NCBI GenBank assembly: GCA_001600695.1
Contig: BCKQ01000007.1
Span: 466,624-530,623 of the forward strand
Reading direction: 5' to 3'
DNA: 64,000 nt
From: Ascoidea asiatica JCM 7603
Lineage: Eukaryota > Fungi > Ascomycota
Translations under genes and position numbers: made by a program
The notes under the pieces: model-generated
The model's input: the letters and a program-made list of their open reading frames with translations, nothing else
What the model was told of the DNA's origin: nothing
The model's database searches: none
Shown here: one piece after another, positions 33,301 to 44,829 of the stretch
How the letters are laid out: each line of letters starts with the position of its first letter
Position numbering within the stretch: the first letter of the stretch is position 1

Positions 33301-35958
33301 GAGCTGAAATAATTCAATTATTAAACATATTGATTTATTTTTATTTCTTTGATCAGTACTATTTACAGCAATATTCTCCAATCTTTTTGGTAACCCAGAT
33401 TTAATCAAAATTGAAGTTAGCAATGCTGTATAATGATTAACTAAAGTTATTTGAGTATTTAAAGAGCTTGAAAGAGTTCCTTTTGTTAAACTTATATTTT
33501 TTTTATTTGGCTTATTTTTTATCATTTGTGGATTTTGTATTAAATTACCATTGTCAACACTCATATCTATATCAATTGTTTTTATAAAAGGTAAAGGCTT
33601 TAAATTTAGTATATCTAATATTATATCCATTATTGAATCTCTTAAATGAACATTATTATAAATTAAACAACTTATTAATACTTTTATGGGTTCGAAATCA
33701 TTATATGAAAATGCAATTAAACCTGGAAAAGTTTTCAAAAAACTTGCAATTATGAAAACACTATTATTTAATTTATCAGTATTGAATTGAGTTTTATAAG
33801 TTAATAAATAAGTTAATAGATAATTTAAATCTCTACCATTTGATAGATATGCTCTATCTTTTGATAGATTTAAAACAGAAAGAATTGCAGAACCTGCGGT
33901 CGAAGTTAATTCAAAAGGTCCTTCAACTAAAATTTTCAATAAATATCTAAAACCCCTTGCTTCAAAAACCAAAGCAGGATTTAGAACAGATAATTCACAC
34001 AAAGTTTCAATAGCAATTGTTCTTAGATCATCTTCATTATGATCACAAATTGAAATTATTGAACTTACAATTCCAACAGATAATTCAAAAGCTCCATTTT
34101 GAATTGAAAAATATTTTCTAATTAATTTTAAAGCTTGAATTCTTTCAATATTATTAAATGAGGAATTTTCTTCATTATTACATTTTGATAATGAAATAAT
34201 TATAAAAAAATGAATTCTTAAAGAAATTATTAATCTTAGAGATTCTAAATCATTTATGAAATATCTTGAGATTCTAAAACCAGTTGCAATAACTTCTTTT
34301 GATTTACTTAATAAAAAAGATTGAATTTTATGACCTAATTGACTAAAAACTAATTCTTTTGTAACTTCAGGATATTTTTTAAATATTATAATTAATTCAT
34401 TTGATTTTTCAACAATAAGTTCTGGAGAAGAAGATTTTTCTGAAATTGAAGATAAAATATCAGAAATTAATACAGTTGGACTTGAGAAATCTCTTGAATT
34501 ATCTATTGAGTTTTCATTATCTGTTGGACTTATTGAACTGTGATTATCAATATCATTTAATGGATCTTGAGAATTTTGAAATTCATTTATACTAAAATGA
34601 TCATTACTTGTATTTAAATTAAAGTTTGAATTTGAATTAATATATGTATTTGTATTCATATTTGTATTCGAATTTGAATTTGTAATTGTCATGGTATTTG
34701 AATTTGAATTTGAATTTGAATTTATATTTACATTTGAATTTGAATTTGAATTTGAATTTGAATTTGAGTTTGAATTTAAAATTGAAATTGAATTAAGATT
34801 AGGAGTTGAAATATGATGAGAATTAAAATTTAATAAAGATTTAGAATAATTTGGATTAAAATCAATTGGACTTATTGGAAAATTTAATAAACTTTGAGTT
34901 GGAGGTTTTAAAGAAATTGGAGGATAAATAAATGAATTTTTATTATTATTATTAATATTATTATCTTGTTGAATTTTCATTCTTTTTACAGCTTCAATTT
35001 TTCTTTCAATATTTATAATATTTCTATTTATATCATCTAATTGATTATTTGCATTTATCCTTCTTTCTATTAGAATATTATCATTATTAGAAACTTTTTT
35101 ATTATCATGGTTGTCATGATAATCATGATATTCATGATCATCAAATTTTGTATTACTATAATCTATATCATTTGAACTTTCATTACTATCTGAATCAATA
35201 TGAGGTTGAATTTGAGATTGAGATTCTAATTGAGGTTTTGATTTTGATTTCGATTTTGACTTTGATCTTGTTTTTATTTTTGATTTTATTGAAGTTTTAA
35301 TTTCAGATTCAATTGCTTGTAAGAATTTTTCAGTACCATCTCTTAATTTTTTTTGTTTTTCTAATTTTTCAGATAATTCATTTAAATCATTATATGAAAA
35401 CGAAGTTTTATTTTGTTTTATATTATTGGAAGGAAATTGATTACTTGTAGAACTTAGAATAGATTGACTTAAATTTGGAGATTGAAATTGTATCGGTATA
35501 TTATTATTGTTAGATTTATTATTATTTGATGGATTATTATTGGATAAAGGTTGTAAAAGTTTTGAGGAAGCTAATGGAGGAGGTTGTTGAAATATTGGAG
35601 TTGATTGATGATCATTATTATTTTGATGAAAAGTTTTGAAAGATTTATTTGAATTTGAATTAGAATTTCTTTTTGAATAAGTTGAATTTATTGGAGGTAA
35701 TAAAGTTGGAGTTTCTTCTAAAGTGTAAATATCCGAATTTAACTGATTTGCAATTTGAGTATCAATTGTCAAACTTTGAGGTAGTTTAAAATCATTATCA
35801 GTGAATGTTTTACTATTGAAATTATTATTAATATTATTATTATTATTATTATCATAAATGCTTTTCATATCTTGATTATATCGCTGCTGAGATTTTTCAA
35901 TGTTATTATAATTTGATGCATTGTCGCTTATATTATCTTTATTATTATTATTCATCAT
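30358..35958 (-). CDS. TSC11: TORC2 subunit Rictor/Avo3
   Basis: 1866 aa; HR1-like coil, ERIQALKLIR, KFIKRLMSFLRPF, LPHHFFGELVKT.EG, LKGSLWAIGHIAS, WSLKGVAYFVLGLIS. Confidence 0.93.
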   Translation of the reverse strand: MMNNNNKDNISDNASNYNNIEKSQQRYNQDMKSIYDNNNNNNINNNFNSKTFTDNDFKLPQSLTIDTQIANQLNSDIYTLEETPTLLPPINSTYSKRNSNSNSNKSFKTFHQNNNDHQSTPIFQQPPPLASSKLLQPLSNNNPSNNNKSNNNNIPIQFQSPNLSQSILSSTSNQFPSNNIKQNKTSFSYNDLNELSEKLEKQKKLRDGTEKFLQAIESEIKTSIKSKIKTRSKSKSKSKSKPQLESQSQIQPHIDSDSNESSNDIDYSNTKFDDHEYHDYHDNHDNKKVSNNDNILIERRINANNQLDDINRNIINIERKIEAVKRMKIQQDNNINNNNKNSFIYPPISLKPPTQSLLNFPISPIDFNPNYSKSLLNFNSHHISTPNLNSISILNSNSNSNSNSNSNSNVNINSNSNSNSNTMTITNSNSNTNMNTNTYINSNSNFNLNTSNDHFSINEFQNSQDPLNDIDNHSSISPTDNENSIDNSRDFSSPTVLISDILSSISEKSSSPELIVEKSNELIIIFKKYPEVTKELVFSQLGHKIQSFLLSKSKEVIATGFRISRYFINDLESLRLIISLRIHFFIIISLSKCNNEENSSFNNIERIQALKLIRKYFSIQNGAFELSVGIVSSIISICDHNEDDLRTIAIETLCELSVLNPALVFEARGFRYLLKILVEGPFELTSTAGSAILSVLNLSKDRAYLSNGRDLNYLLTYLLTYKTQFNTDKLNNSVFIIASFLKTFPGLIAFSYNDFEPIKVLISCLIYNNVHLRDSIMDIILDILNLKPLPFIKTIDIDMSVDNGNLIQNPQMIKNKPNKKNISLTKGTLSSSLNTQITLVNHYTALLTSILIKSGLPKRLENIAVNSTDQRNKNKSICLIIELFQLSSNLLSKQFSDVFEELPNLIINNDYQAMKTSRNFLDYQLAPFSTAFQIDSYSKKYGKDRTTYNIPPILLNSLNKFNKDLIMKMSSNIDDQQFKQLIYDSNVLSTKNYEVWKIDIIIDLANGALTNPKKLEEAIKTTKFIKRLMSFLRPFKKRFSSIKKGKDTEKYIDAGCALFKMFLSTAVGLKYLEDNKVLPQIAECLAQVDPYSNITANDPIFSKKNIAKSLSGGYFRMLGVLSSDHKGIELLSKWKIFSILYHITEQRGREDLILAFLPEFDYSKQGHLRIIFSKALCSCDTAVRLFCTNFLRDLLRIPSCSKWAVDLLISQLFDKDLEVCNEAVQILDSYCETPENMYEVVKYKPSLDQLGMIGAPLLLRFLSTSIGFSYLSEFDLIEGEMDDWLNKRNELYALDIENLLYEIYSPFQLFRINKVYKSRKITHTNFGPNRYINKNIQGDEDDAQLFEDYNEFFQAKKLPHHFFGELVKTNEGIDLLLKTSYFQSFIDTIERFATEKRDSNKILRLKGSLWAIGHIASSPLAIELVDESGVIPIIVNICRCSEVWSLKGVAYFVLGLISSTVEGFECLDECNWEVTFDILNRPIGICLPKNLSEYFDVDIIEARYSNNNKKQKVLQSMKMEDFDDISDHESEANKKKQSEKRKSQFNRNSSFKSYENELDSEITDDENKYGDLDELNESDKISQVNITDEEGSAGAITDVDDFISDEDVININDSALQPGILPEIGTNIHSSEPELLDKSKKLYDDNNICSPLESSNHDFAIEFSDDENTHKDYSALNEKEHFDENTDTGFNIVFNSDFTKNTENNDNNDDNDDNENNDNDSNNDYYNDNTNDLEENMNNNRDCEMDEKVPVYYDTNSSNMLTNDPLVKKILQAITYLSVPMQMNQGFKMLAVLNNKYKEKFDQVNTFSGAMYLLETSKYKASTRKYIVELFSSSKALETLLRKDRRRSRVEKDRKLSGHSRVILEI
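34684..34776. repeat. (TTTGAA)n hexamer repeat encoding poly(Asn-Ser) within Rictor
   Basis: Read directly. Confidence 0.85.
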
Positions 35959-37040
35959 TGAAATTGTGATTATCCTATAGATTGAATAATGTTATAGCTA
36001 TTACAAGTTTAATTTTTCTTTTTTGATATCTATCTAAAATCGATTATTTTGATAATATTTGAACCAGTCTATATATTTATTTTCATTTCAAAGATTATTC
36101 TGTAATTCTTTTCTTGTTCTTTAAATGGTAAATGTTTAATTCTTATTTTAATTTCTGGAGTTATTTTAGGTCTTCAGAATCACAAGCTTCAAGTTTCGAT
36201 AATAATTCATAAAACTTCAATAATCATGGTTTTTAAATCAAAATCAATGTCAAAACCAAACCAAAGCCAAAGCCAAGCTTCAAGCATCTAAAATTTAGTT
36301 TCAGGCCTCCAAAACGTCAACGTTCCTGATTCAGTCAAGTACCATTGAACTGGTTCTTTAAAGATATCCATATTAGTCCGGAATTGTTTGAAGCGGATAA
36401 AAATATGGATTTTTTAAAAACCTACTAAAGTATATCCATGCTTAAGGAAAAAAGCGGAATTAGGATTATCCGTAATTATGTGCTATTAGACAGCTAAAAG
36501 TCTGTTTATGTTACTTTCTGTATTGTATGCATGTTTTACACGGGACTTTGTTTTTGTGCGCATTTTTGATAATTTTGCGCTGGGTCTAACACAGGCAAGT
36601 GTTCTTACGTAATACTCGCTGCTCTGCTTAGTCACTCATTTGCAAGCAAATAAACAACAAACAAAACAAACCTCCTTGAAATTTGATATCCAATATTATC
36701 CAATATAATCCATTATCTAATATATTATCTATCTTCAATATATATATCAATAAATAAAGCAAAACCAAAGCAAGAGGTAATATATTTTCTTAAATTAAGG
36801 TGATTGCAGTTACAATAGACATTTTAGTGATTCCAATTAGAAAAGTGAATGTTTAAAAGCAAAGAGTTCTCATTTTGCACGTTAATCTTCAACAATTTCA
36901 TCTCCATAATTTCAAATATTACGGTTTATTATATAATCAAAAACCAAAAAATTAAATAATTGCTGACTAACTAAATTTCAAATTCCATTTTATTATTTTA
37001 GTAAATCACTTCGCATAGATCATCTCAAAATAATTTAAAA

Positions 37041-38189
37041 ATGGATGATATAGATCCAAGATTTAACGTTGTTAATGATAATGATAATGATGGCAATGGT
37101 AATGGCAATAATAATAATCTTTCTGAAAATGTGAATGTTAATATCGATGGTCATAGTAATCAATCTAATATAAATAGTCCAAATAACCTTAGTAATGAAG
37201 GTAATAATTCCAACAATGATTCTAATAACAACAATGAACCTGGTTTGAATAATATACAAGTGGATGAAAGTACATTTGCTGATGTTGCTGCTGTTGCTGT
37301 TGCCGTTGCTGCAAATTCTGTTCAAAACGATCAAAATACTCAAAGTAATAATAACATCGACAACAATATTACTGATAATATTGATAATGAAAATGTTTTA
37401 ACTAATAATGAACTTGATGAGAATGACTTAAATAATGCAATTAATAGTATCAATAATAATAGAAATAATCAAATTAATGAAACTAATAATGATAATAATA
37501 ATCAAATTAATGATAATAAAATCATAAAATCTTCAAATTCAAAAATTGCTAAACCTCAAAAGAAGAAAATTGATAAAGTCAAAAATTATATTGAGCAAAA
37601 TTTAGTTAATCATATACAACATCAAATTGAAATTCAAAATCAAAACCAAAATCAAATTCAGAATGAAAATGAAAATGAGAATGAAAATGAAAATCAAGTT
37701 CATGACGAAAATCAAAATCGAGACTCCAATCAAGATTCCAATCAAGATTCAAATACCCAAAAAAACAATCCAGATAATCAACAACTAGTTTTATCAACAA
37801 TCAATGATGACAATGATAATAGTAATGATAATGATAAAACCACTTTAAAAGATAATGAATTGCAATTACAAATTTCAAATAGAAATAATAATTCCTCTTT
37901 AGAACAACATTTTAATCAAATTACTCAAATTAATGATATTAATCAAATTTTTAAACCTTTAAATCCAACAAAAAGAGCTGCTCAAAATAGAAATGCTCAA
38001 AGAGCTTTTAGAAAAAGAAAAGAACAATATATTAAAGATCTTGAAGCTCAAGTAAGTAAAGTAAAATCTTTAGAAGAAGAAATTGATTATTTAAAAAAGG
38101 AAAATCAACAATTGAGAGATTATACTTTAGCTTTGCAATCTAAATTAATTAATGATATTAATCCTCCTTCAATAAAATTAGATAAATAA
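37041..38189 (+). CDS. Yap-family (KapC-like) bZIP transcription factor
   Basis: KRAAQNRNAQRAFRKRKEQYIKDLE basic region plus leucine zipper; Asn/Gln-rich N-terminus; no cysteine-rich domain. Confidence 0.88.
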   Translation: MDDIDPRFNVVNDNDNDGNGNGNNNNLSENVNVNIDGHSNQSNINSPNNLSNEGNNSNNDSNNNNEPGLNNIQVDESTFADVAAVAVAVAANSVQNDQNTQSNNNIDNNITDNIDNENVLTNNELDENDLNNAINSINNNRNNQINETNNDNNNQINDNKIIKSSNSKIAKPQKKKIDKVKNYIEQNLVNHIQHQIEIQNQNQNQIQNENENENENENQVHDENQNRDSNQDSNQDSNTQKNNPDNQQLVLSTINDDNDNSNDNDKTTLKDNELQLQISNRNNNSSLEQHFNQITQINDINQIFKPLNPTKRAAQNRNAQRAFRKRKEQYIKDLEAQVSKVKSLEEEIDYLKKENQQLRDYTLALQSKLINDINPPSIKLDK

Positions 38190-38683
38190 TCAAAGTTTAT
38201 CCATACTCTTCTATATCTATCCATATATACAGTATATGTTGTGTATCTTATTTTTACTTATTTTCACTTATGTCATCTGAATTTTCTCTATTTTTTTCTT
38301 GATTTTTTTTTTCCTTATTTCTTTCTTTTCTTCTTTTCGTATTTGTTATTATTTTTTAATATTATGACAGTTTTAGATTATTGATATCTATTTTTATTTG
38401 TAATAAAAATATTATTTGTAAAAGAAAATAAAATGTATTATATAACTGCAATTTTCTCAATTCAGTCCAAAAAACCACAAAATATAAATAATTAAGTAAA
38501 TAAATAAATAAAGAAAAAGCTCAAAATGATTCAAATTTAAATGAAAGATAAAGTCTAAAAAAAAAAAGTGATTAGAGAACGTAATGAATGAAACTTATAT
38601 AATAACAAATGTATAATGAAAAACGGGTAAAAAAAATGTATATAAGAGAAGTTTGAAAAAAAAAAAACTTGTATAAAATACAA

Positions 38684-41600
38684 TTAGTGTAGATTTCTAC
38701 TTTCCCACGATAATACTCCTAAATGGTTTGATGATTCAGTTATATGCAATCTCTCTTGATCACCTTTATCGATACCTGCTCCACCTGTAATTGATCTAAC
38801 AATTCTTAACTTTTCTTCTTCATTTTGATCATCAAAATTAGTTTTTTCTCTTTTATATTCCGGCACATTTGGTGAATGGCCGACGGACATTCCAACTTTT
38901 ACTAATGTTTCAATTTGAAGTTTTGAGTTATCAAGTAAATCTTCATCAAATTTCATAACATTTTCATTGAATATTGTTAAAATCGTTGATCCTCCAAATT
39001 TAAAATATCCAATTTCATCTCCTCTTTTAATTTCATCATTTTCATTTACAGTTAAAACTGTTGAGCCGACCATCATTGCTCCAACACAAATAAAAATAAT
39101 AGTGCCAAACTCTTTAGTCTTTATAGGTATTATGACTCTAACATTTTCCCCATAAACATCTAACTCACTTCTAATTGCCATTGGATTAACAGTATAATAT
39201 TCACCTTCGATATGTTCAGGTTTTCCAATTATTCCACTTACAGGTGAATGAAATCTATGATAATCTTGTGGTGCTAATCTTAATATACATAGAGAACAAT
39301 TATTAAAATTATTATCGGATTTCTTATTTATTTTATTCCAGTTTTTTAGAACATCAGTATGTTTACCTGCCATTAATTTTTGAATTGAAAAATCTTTCCC
39401 TTTTATCCATAATTCTTGAGCAGAGTTTATCGATTCAAATGCTGATAATCTACAATCTGCACCAGAAACAACTATATTATCATTATCACCTTCAATCTTT
39501 CTTGCATTTGGTTTTAATTTTCTATAAAAGAATTCATTAAATGTTCTATAATTTTCAATACCTTCTAAAAGACATTCACTCAAATCTAAATGATGAAATT
39601 TAATAAAGCTGGGAATATCTTTAGCAGATTTTAAACTATCATTTTTCTTACCTTGTTTTAAAGACATTTTTTTTAGAGTTTTTTGTACAGCTTTTTTTTG
39701 AACATTACCTTTATATAATAACCTCATTCCCAATCTAACGTAAACTGACATTTTTTCTTCTAAAATTATACCCGAATTTCTATCTTGAACTAATATATTT
39801 GCATTATTACTTCCCAAAGCATATTTACCAAAACTTACTTTAATAAATGCTCTACTGTACCATCTTTTAGAAGCAAAACTTGGTGATACATAAGAAGCAG
39901 TTAATAATCTATCAACGGACCCAAAATCTTTTGATAAACAAATTGCAACATGAGTTACCGTATCAATATCAGATAAACTTGATAAATTATCCTGGCCACA
40001 AAATGGACAATTTTCTAATTTGATTAAAGTTTTTTTAGAAATTTGTCGAATTAATTCATCTAAAGTTCCATTGTAAATATTGTCAGAACTATTTCCTGAA
40101 TTATTTTCAGAATTATTTCTTGAATTATTTGAGTTCTCACTTGAATTACTCAAACTAACATTACTATTATTTTCATTTTTATTAAAAAGATTATTGATAT
40201 TATTACTATTATCACTATTATTCTTGAAGTCTGGGACAGGTAATGATATTTCATTAGTGATTAAAGTTTTATTAAATTTTTTATTTAGTTTATATTTGAA
40301 TATATCTTCTAAAAAAAATATAACTTGATCAATAGTTAAAGAATTTTCATCATTTGATACTTGACTATTAGAAATTTTTTTATTAAATTTTAAGGATGAA
40401 TAATTAATTAGATTGGAAATTGAAATTGAAGAGCCTAAAGAATCTAAAGCAGCTAATAATTCTAAAATTGAAAATTTTTGATCATCATTAAAATCAAATT
40501 GTTTTAAAATTTGATTCCAGAATAATAGTCTTAAATTTTCATAAGTGAAATATTTAATTTTGAAATTAATTTTTGATTTATATTTGTTTAAGTCTAATTT
40601 AGTTGAAGAGATAGTATGTAATAAATTTAAATTATAAGATTGAAATTGATTTTTTTTAGAATATATTGAGTTTTGATAATTTTTAATAATTTCATTTAAA
40701 GATATTGAAGAAGTACCCACAGTATCATGTAAAGAAATATTATCTTTATCGAATACATCAAATTGTAAAATAAAATTTTTTTCATTTTCATAGATTTCAA
40801 AAGATAAAGTTTCATTGAAAGTTGGATTCAAATTATGTTTTTTGTGTTTTGTTTTAAAAGTTTTTTTACCAAAAGATAAAATCACAAATGGATCCATATC
40901 AAAACCAGTTTTAAGGAAGTTTTTTAAAGGAGGTAAATCAGTACATGAATCAATTTGAATTATGATTGAACCTAAAATTTGTCTATTACTATTATTATTA
41001 ATATTACTTGAAGTTTTTGAATTTTTAGAGATTTTCGAAGCTCTAGAAGCTTTAGATGATTTTGAAGTCTTTGAATTTTTTGAAGATTTTGATGAACTAC
41101 TTAAATTACTTGTATTACTTACATTCGATAAATTAGATATATTAGATACATTTGAAATATTTGAAATATTGGATATATTACTTGAAGGGTTGATCATTAA
41201 TTGTATAGGGTGATTATTAATATTGTTATTATTATTATTAATATTATTATTATTCGTATTGTTATTTTGAATATCCAAAGAGTTTTTTTTCTTTCTTTTT
41301 AAAGAGTTTGATTTTCTTAATTTATTTAAAGATAGAAAAGATTTTTTTGATTTGAATTGATTGTTATTTAAGTAAGTATCATTAAGATCAGAGCCTATAT
41401 TAGCATTAGCATTAGTATTGATATTACTATCATTATCAATGTCAATATCAATATCTGTATCTGTATCATCCATTGATAAAACAGTTAATTGATTATTTAA
41501 TTCTTTCAAAGTTGTATTATTCACATTTATTGAATTGAAAGAAGATATTGGAGATATTGGAATATGATTATTTTTATTGTTATTGCTATTGTTATTGTTA

Positions 41601-42727
41601 TCGTTATTATTATTATTTTCTTCTTGAACAGTGTTGATAGTGATAGTTTTAGTTGATTCAGTGGTTAGAGAATTATTATTATTACTGAAATTACTTGTAG
41701 TGAAGTTAGTTATAAAATCAAAAGAATAAACGAAAAGATCATTAATTTTTAAAATTGAATTAATCTGATTATTTAGAATTAATTGATTATTTGATTCATT
41801 ATTTGCATAAAAAGATTTAAATTCAATAAAATTTTCTTTAATTTTATTTAAAGTGAAAATATAATCATTTAGAATAATTTTTTTTTTTAAACTTAAATTA
41901 AAATTAATTTTTAAAAAACCATTGATTTTTGAATTTAAATTAAATTTATTGTAAAATGCTAAAGAGGATATATATAATTTAAATAATTTTATATTTGAGA
42001 TTATTGAATAATTAATTTTATCAAATTGATGAGAATTATTTGATTTATTAAATTGTTCATCATTTTCATTAATATCATTAATATCATTTTCATTATTATC
42101 ATTAGATTCATTAATTTTTTCAATTGAGTTAAAAATATTTAAAATATTTAATCTATATTCACCTAAATAATTATCATTATTTAAATTATCATATAGAATG
42201 AAATATAATATTGGTAATTTTGGAGTACCATTATTATTCAAAAAGAATTCTAAGCTGATTTGAAAAGACTGTAATTTATTTTTTGAATTATTATTTAGAT
42301 TATAATATATAAATGGACTCACTGAATTATCATTAAAATCGGAATAATAAATATATAATACAGGGCCAATTGATTTTAATTTTGATATAGATTTTGGAAT
42401 TGGTTTTGAATCAGAATTTGAATTCGAATTTGAATTCGAACTTGTCCTTTTCGATAAATTTGCAATTGATTTAACTTTTTTAATTGACTTTAATTTTGAC
42501 TTCTTGGATACATTTGAAGTTGTAGAAGAGGTTGAAACTATTGAAGTTGGAGTTGTTGGAACATTTAAACTGTTCTGGGGAGAATTATAAGCGTTAATAT
42601 TGATACTATTAATGGTGTTGGTGGTAGTTGTTGTGGGTGTTGTCGTAGTTGTAGTTGATGAATGTGTGTTATTGACAATAACATCAACGATATCATGTAC
42701 ATTTATGGTAAGTACCAAATCTGACAT
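38684..42727 (-). CDS. PSD2: Phosphatidylserine decarboxylase 2 with C2 domain
   Basis: FDMDPFV (C2), FNEFFYRKLKP, RLAPQDYHRFH, GAMMVGS, FKFGGST cleavage motif. Confidence 0.95.
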   Translation of the reverse strand: MSDLVLTINVHDIVDVIVNNTHSSTTTTTTPTTTTTNTINSININAYNSPQNSLNVPTTPTSIVSTSSTTSNVSKKSKLKSIKKVKSIANLSKRTSSNSNSNSNSDSKPIPKSISKLKSIGPVLYIYYSDFNDNSVSPFIYYNLNNNSKNKLQSFQISLEFFLNNNGTPKLPILYFILYDNLNNDNYLGEYRLNILNIFNSIEKINESNDNNENDINDINENDEQFNKSNNSHQFDKINYSIISNIKLFKLYISSLAFYNKFNLNSKINGFLKINFNLSLKKKIILNDYIFTLNKIKENFIEFKSFYANNESNNQLILNNQINSILKINDLFVYSFDFITNFTTSNFSNNNNSLTTESTKTITINTVQEENNNNNDNNNNSNNNKNNHIPISPISSFNSINVNNTTLKELNNQLTVLSMDDTDTDIDIDIDNDSNINTNANANIGSDLNDTYLNNNQFKSKKSFLSLNKLRKSNSLKRKKKNSLDIQNNNTNNNNINNNNNNINNHPIQLMINPSSNISNISNISNVSNISNLSNVSNTSNLSSSSKSSKNSKTSKSSKASRASKISKNSKTSSNINNNSNRQILGSIIIQIDSCTDLPPLKNFLKTGFDMDPFVILSFGKKTFKTKHKKHNLNPTFNETLSFEIYENEKNFILQFDVFDKDNISLHDTVGTSSISLNEIIKNYQNSIYSKKNQFQSYNLNLLHTISSTKLDLNKYKSKINFKIKYFTYENLRLLFWNQILKQFDFNDDQKFSILELLAALDSLGSSISISNLINYSSLKFNKKISNSQVSNDENSLTIDQVIFFLEDIFKYKLNKKFNKTLITNEISLPVPDFKNNSDNSNNINNLFNKNENNSNVSLSNSSENSNNSRNNSENNSGNSSDNIYNGTLDELIRQISKKTLIKLENCPFCGQDNLSSLSDIDTVTHVAICLSKDFGSVDRLLTASYVSPSFASKRWYSRAFIKVSFGKYALGSNNANILVQDRNSGIILEEKMSVYVRLGMRLLYKGNVQKKAVQKTLKKMSLKQGKKNDSLKSAKDIPSFIKFHHLDLSECLLEGIENYRTFNEFFYRKLKPNARKIEGDNDNIVVSGADCRLSAFESINSAQELWIKGKDFSIQKLMAGKHTDVLKNWNKINKKSDNNFNNCSLCILRLAPQDYHRFHSPVSGIIGKPEHIEGEYYTVNPMAIRSELDVYGENVRVIIPIKTKEFGTIIFICVGAMMVGSTVLTVNENDEIKRGDEIGYFKFGGSTILTIFNENVMKFDEDLLDNSKLQIETLVKVGMSVGHSPNVPEYKREKTNFDDQNEEEKLRIVRSITGGAGIDKGDQERLHITESSNHLGVLSWESRNLH

Positions 42728-43711
42728 TTTGAGCCAGTTGAATAATTATAATGGAATATAATCTGAGATAAAGATACATTCAAGTTGAATTGAACACAGA
42801 ATAGACACCAATTGGGAAAAGAAATTGGAGGGAAAAAAGAAAGAATATAAATAATAAATCAGATCAATTCAAATCAAAGTAAATCAAAGCAAAAACTAGA
42901 TAAAATTAAACCAGATCAAATATAAAGAAAGGTTTAAAAAAATTTAAAAAGAGTAGCAGTAACAATAATAATAGCACAGCAATAATAATCTGGTAACTTT
43001 ACGTAGCAGCTGAAGTAAAAGTATAAGCCAACATGGCTGGCTGGGCTCGGCTGTCCCACTGGCAGTTTTTCCTTCTCGGTGGTCAAACAAATAATCATAA
43101 TCACATGATGCAATTTAAAACCACTGAAATGGGTGTTATGTATTTGAAAGTATACAAAAAACAGGAATACAGTAAAGTGCATACTACCATTTGTACGGTT
43201 GTAATGCATCCCGATGTATTTAATAAACCATTACACGTTTATATACCTTATTTCCATATTTGCGGATTTAATGTTGTTTGCAGTTTATTTTACAGTAACT
43301 GACAGCTATACACACTTACTAACATTAAAGTACACCAACTAGCATGTCCCCCAGTGCTGGTTTCTTAAAATTTTTTTTTCAGTTCTCAGAATTTGCAAAT
43401 TGAAAAAAAGAAGCTTTAAATTATTTTATTTTAGTTGTTTTTGTTGTTTTTGTTATTGTTCTTAGAGATTGTTGACTTCACCAGATTATTAATCAAAGCT
43501 ATTTATCTATCAAAGCTATTCATAGGATATATAATATTTAAATCAAAAGGTTTAACTATTCCTTAAGGTGATATTCCTTTCAGCGGTTTTCAACTAAAAA
43601 GATTCCATTCAACTGTTCTGCTCCTATTCCCAATTACCAATTTATCTTCAATATTTAATTTCAAATTCTTCACTCAATCAATTACTTTTATTATTTTCAA
43701 ATATAAAAAAT

Positions 43712-44794
43712 ATGTTACAAATAGGAAAAAGACAGATTTCTGATTTGGATAATTCAAACAATCACAAAAACTTTCCAAATAATATCAATAGTACTACTAA
43801 TAATAATAGCAAAGATAATAGTAATTCTAATTCTATAAATATTACTGAAAATATAATGAATAGTAATGATTTATGTTCAATTCCAAAAAAAAAAAGGTTA
43901 TCAACTAATATATTAACAAATCAAATAAGCCTTGATGATTCAATTGATAAAAATTCAAAAGAATTTATATTCAATAATAAATTATATTCAAATTATATTA
44001 ATCAAATTTTTACTCAATTTGACTTAAAAAATTATACTCCAATAAATGAATTAATAACAAAATTATCTTCAATTAATATTAATAAAATTTCAAATTTAAA
44101 TTTATACTTAATTTTAAAACATTTGTCATTAAATATCTCAAAATTTGATAACTCAAATATTTATATAAATAATTTAATTTTTAATATATTAAAATTATCT
44201 TCAATTTTAATTAAAAAAGATTTAGCTTTTATAAATAAAATTTTTATAAACTTTTTAATAATTTTATTAACTTCATTACCAAAATGGTTTAATGAAGTTT
44301 TAAATTTTCTTATTTTAGATTTTAAAAAATTTAATTATTCAAATTTACTAAATATTCATCATATTTTAATTAATTATATTTTAAAAATTATGCCATTACA
44401 AATCTTGAATTTGAATAAAATTATTATAAGAAACTTTCCAAATTTAAAATATTTATCACTTGATAAAAATTCTCTAAATCAAGTTTTAAATTATTTATCA
44501 AATTTATTTTATATATTGAATAATAATATAGATTTATCTCTACAAATTTACACAATCATTTTTCAACAATTAATTCATCTAGATTTAGAATTAACTAATT
44601 ATTTAGATTCAAATGAAGATTTTGATATGGATGATCAAGATATCGATCAAGATATTGACGAAAAAGACATTGAACAGGACATTGATCAAGAAAAGGATCA
44701 AGAACAAATGGATGATGCGGTTGATAATCTTAATAATGAAACCAAAACTGTCAGATTTGATCTAAATAAAGACAAAAACGATGCTAACGAGGAC

Positions 44795-44829
<35 letters not shown>

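Noticed and set aside
30930-41213. Antisense or alternative-frame ORFs inside TSC11, the bZIP gene and PSD2
   Set aside because: Shadow frames of real genes and low-complexity repeats
42934-43302. Two opposing ~90-aa ORFs between PSD2 and RRN3
   Set aside because: Lie in a divergent promoter with elevated GC; no motif or host-like codon bias
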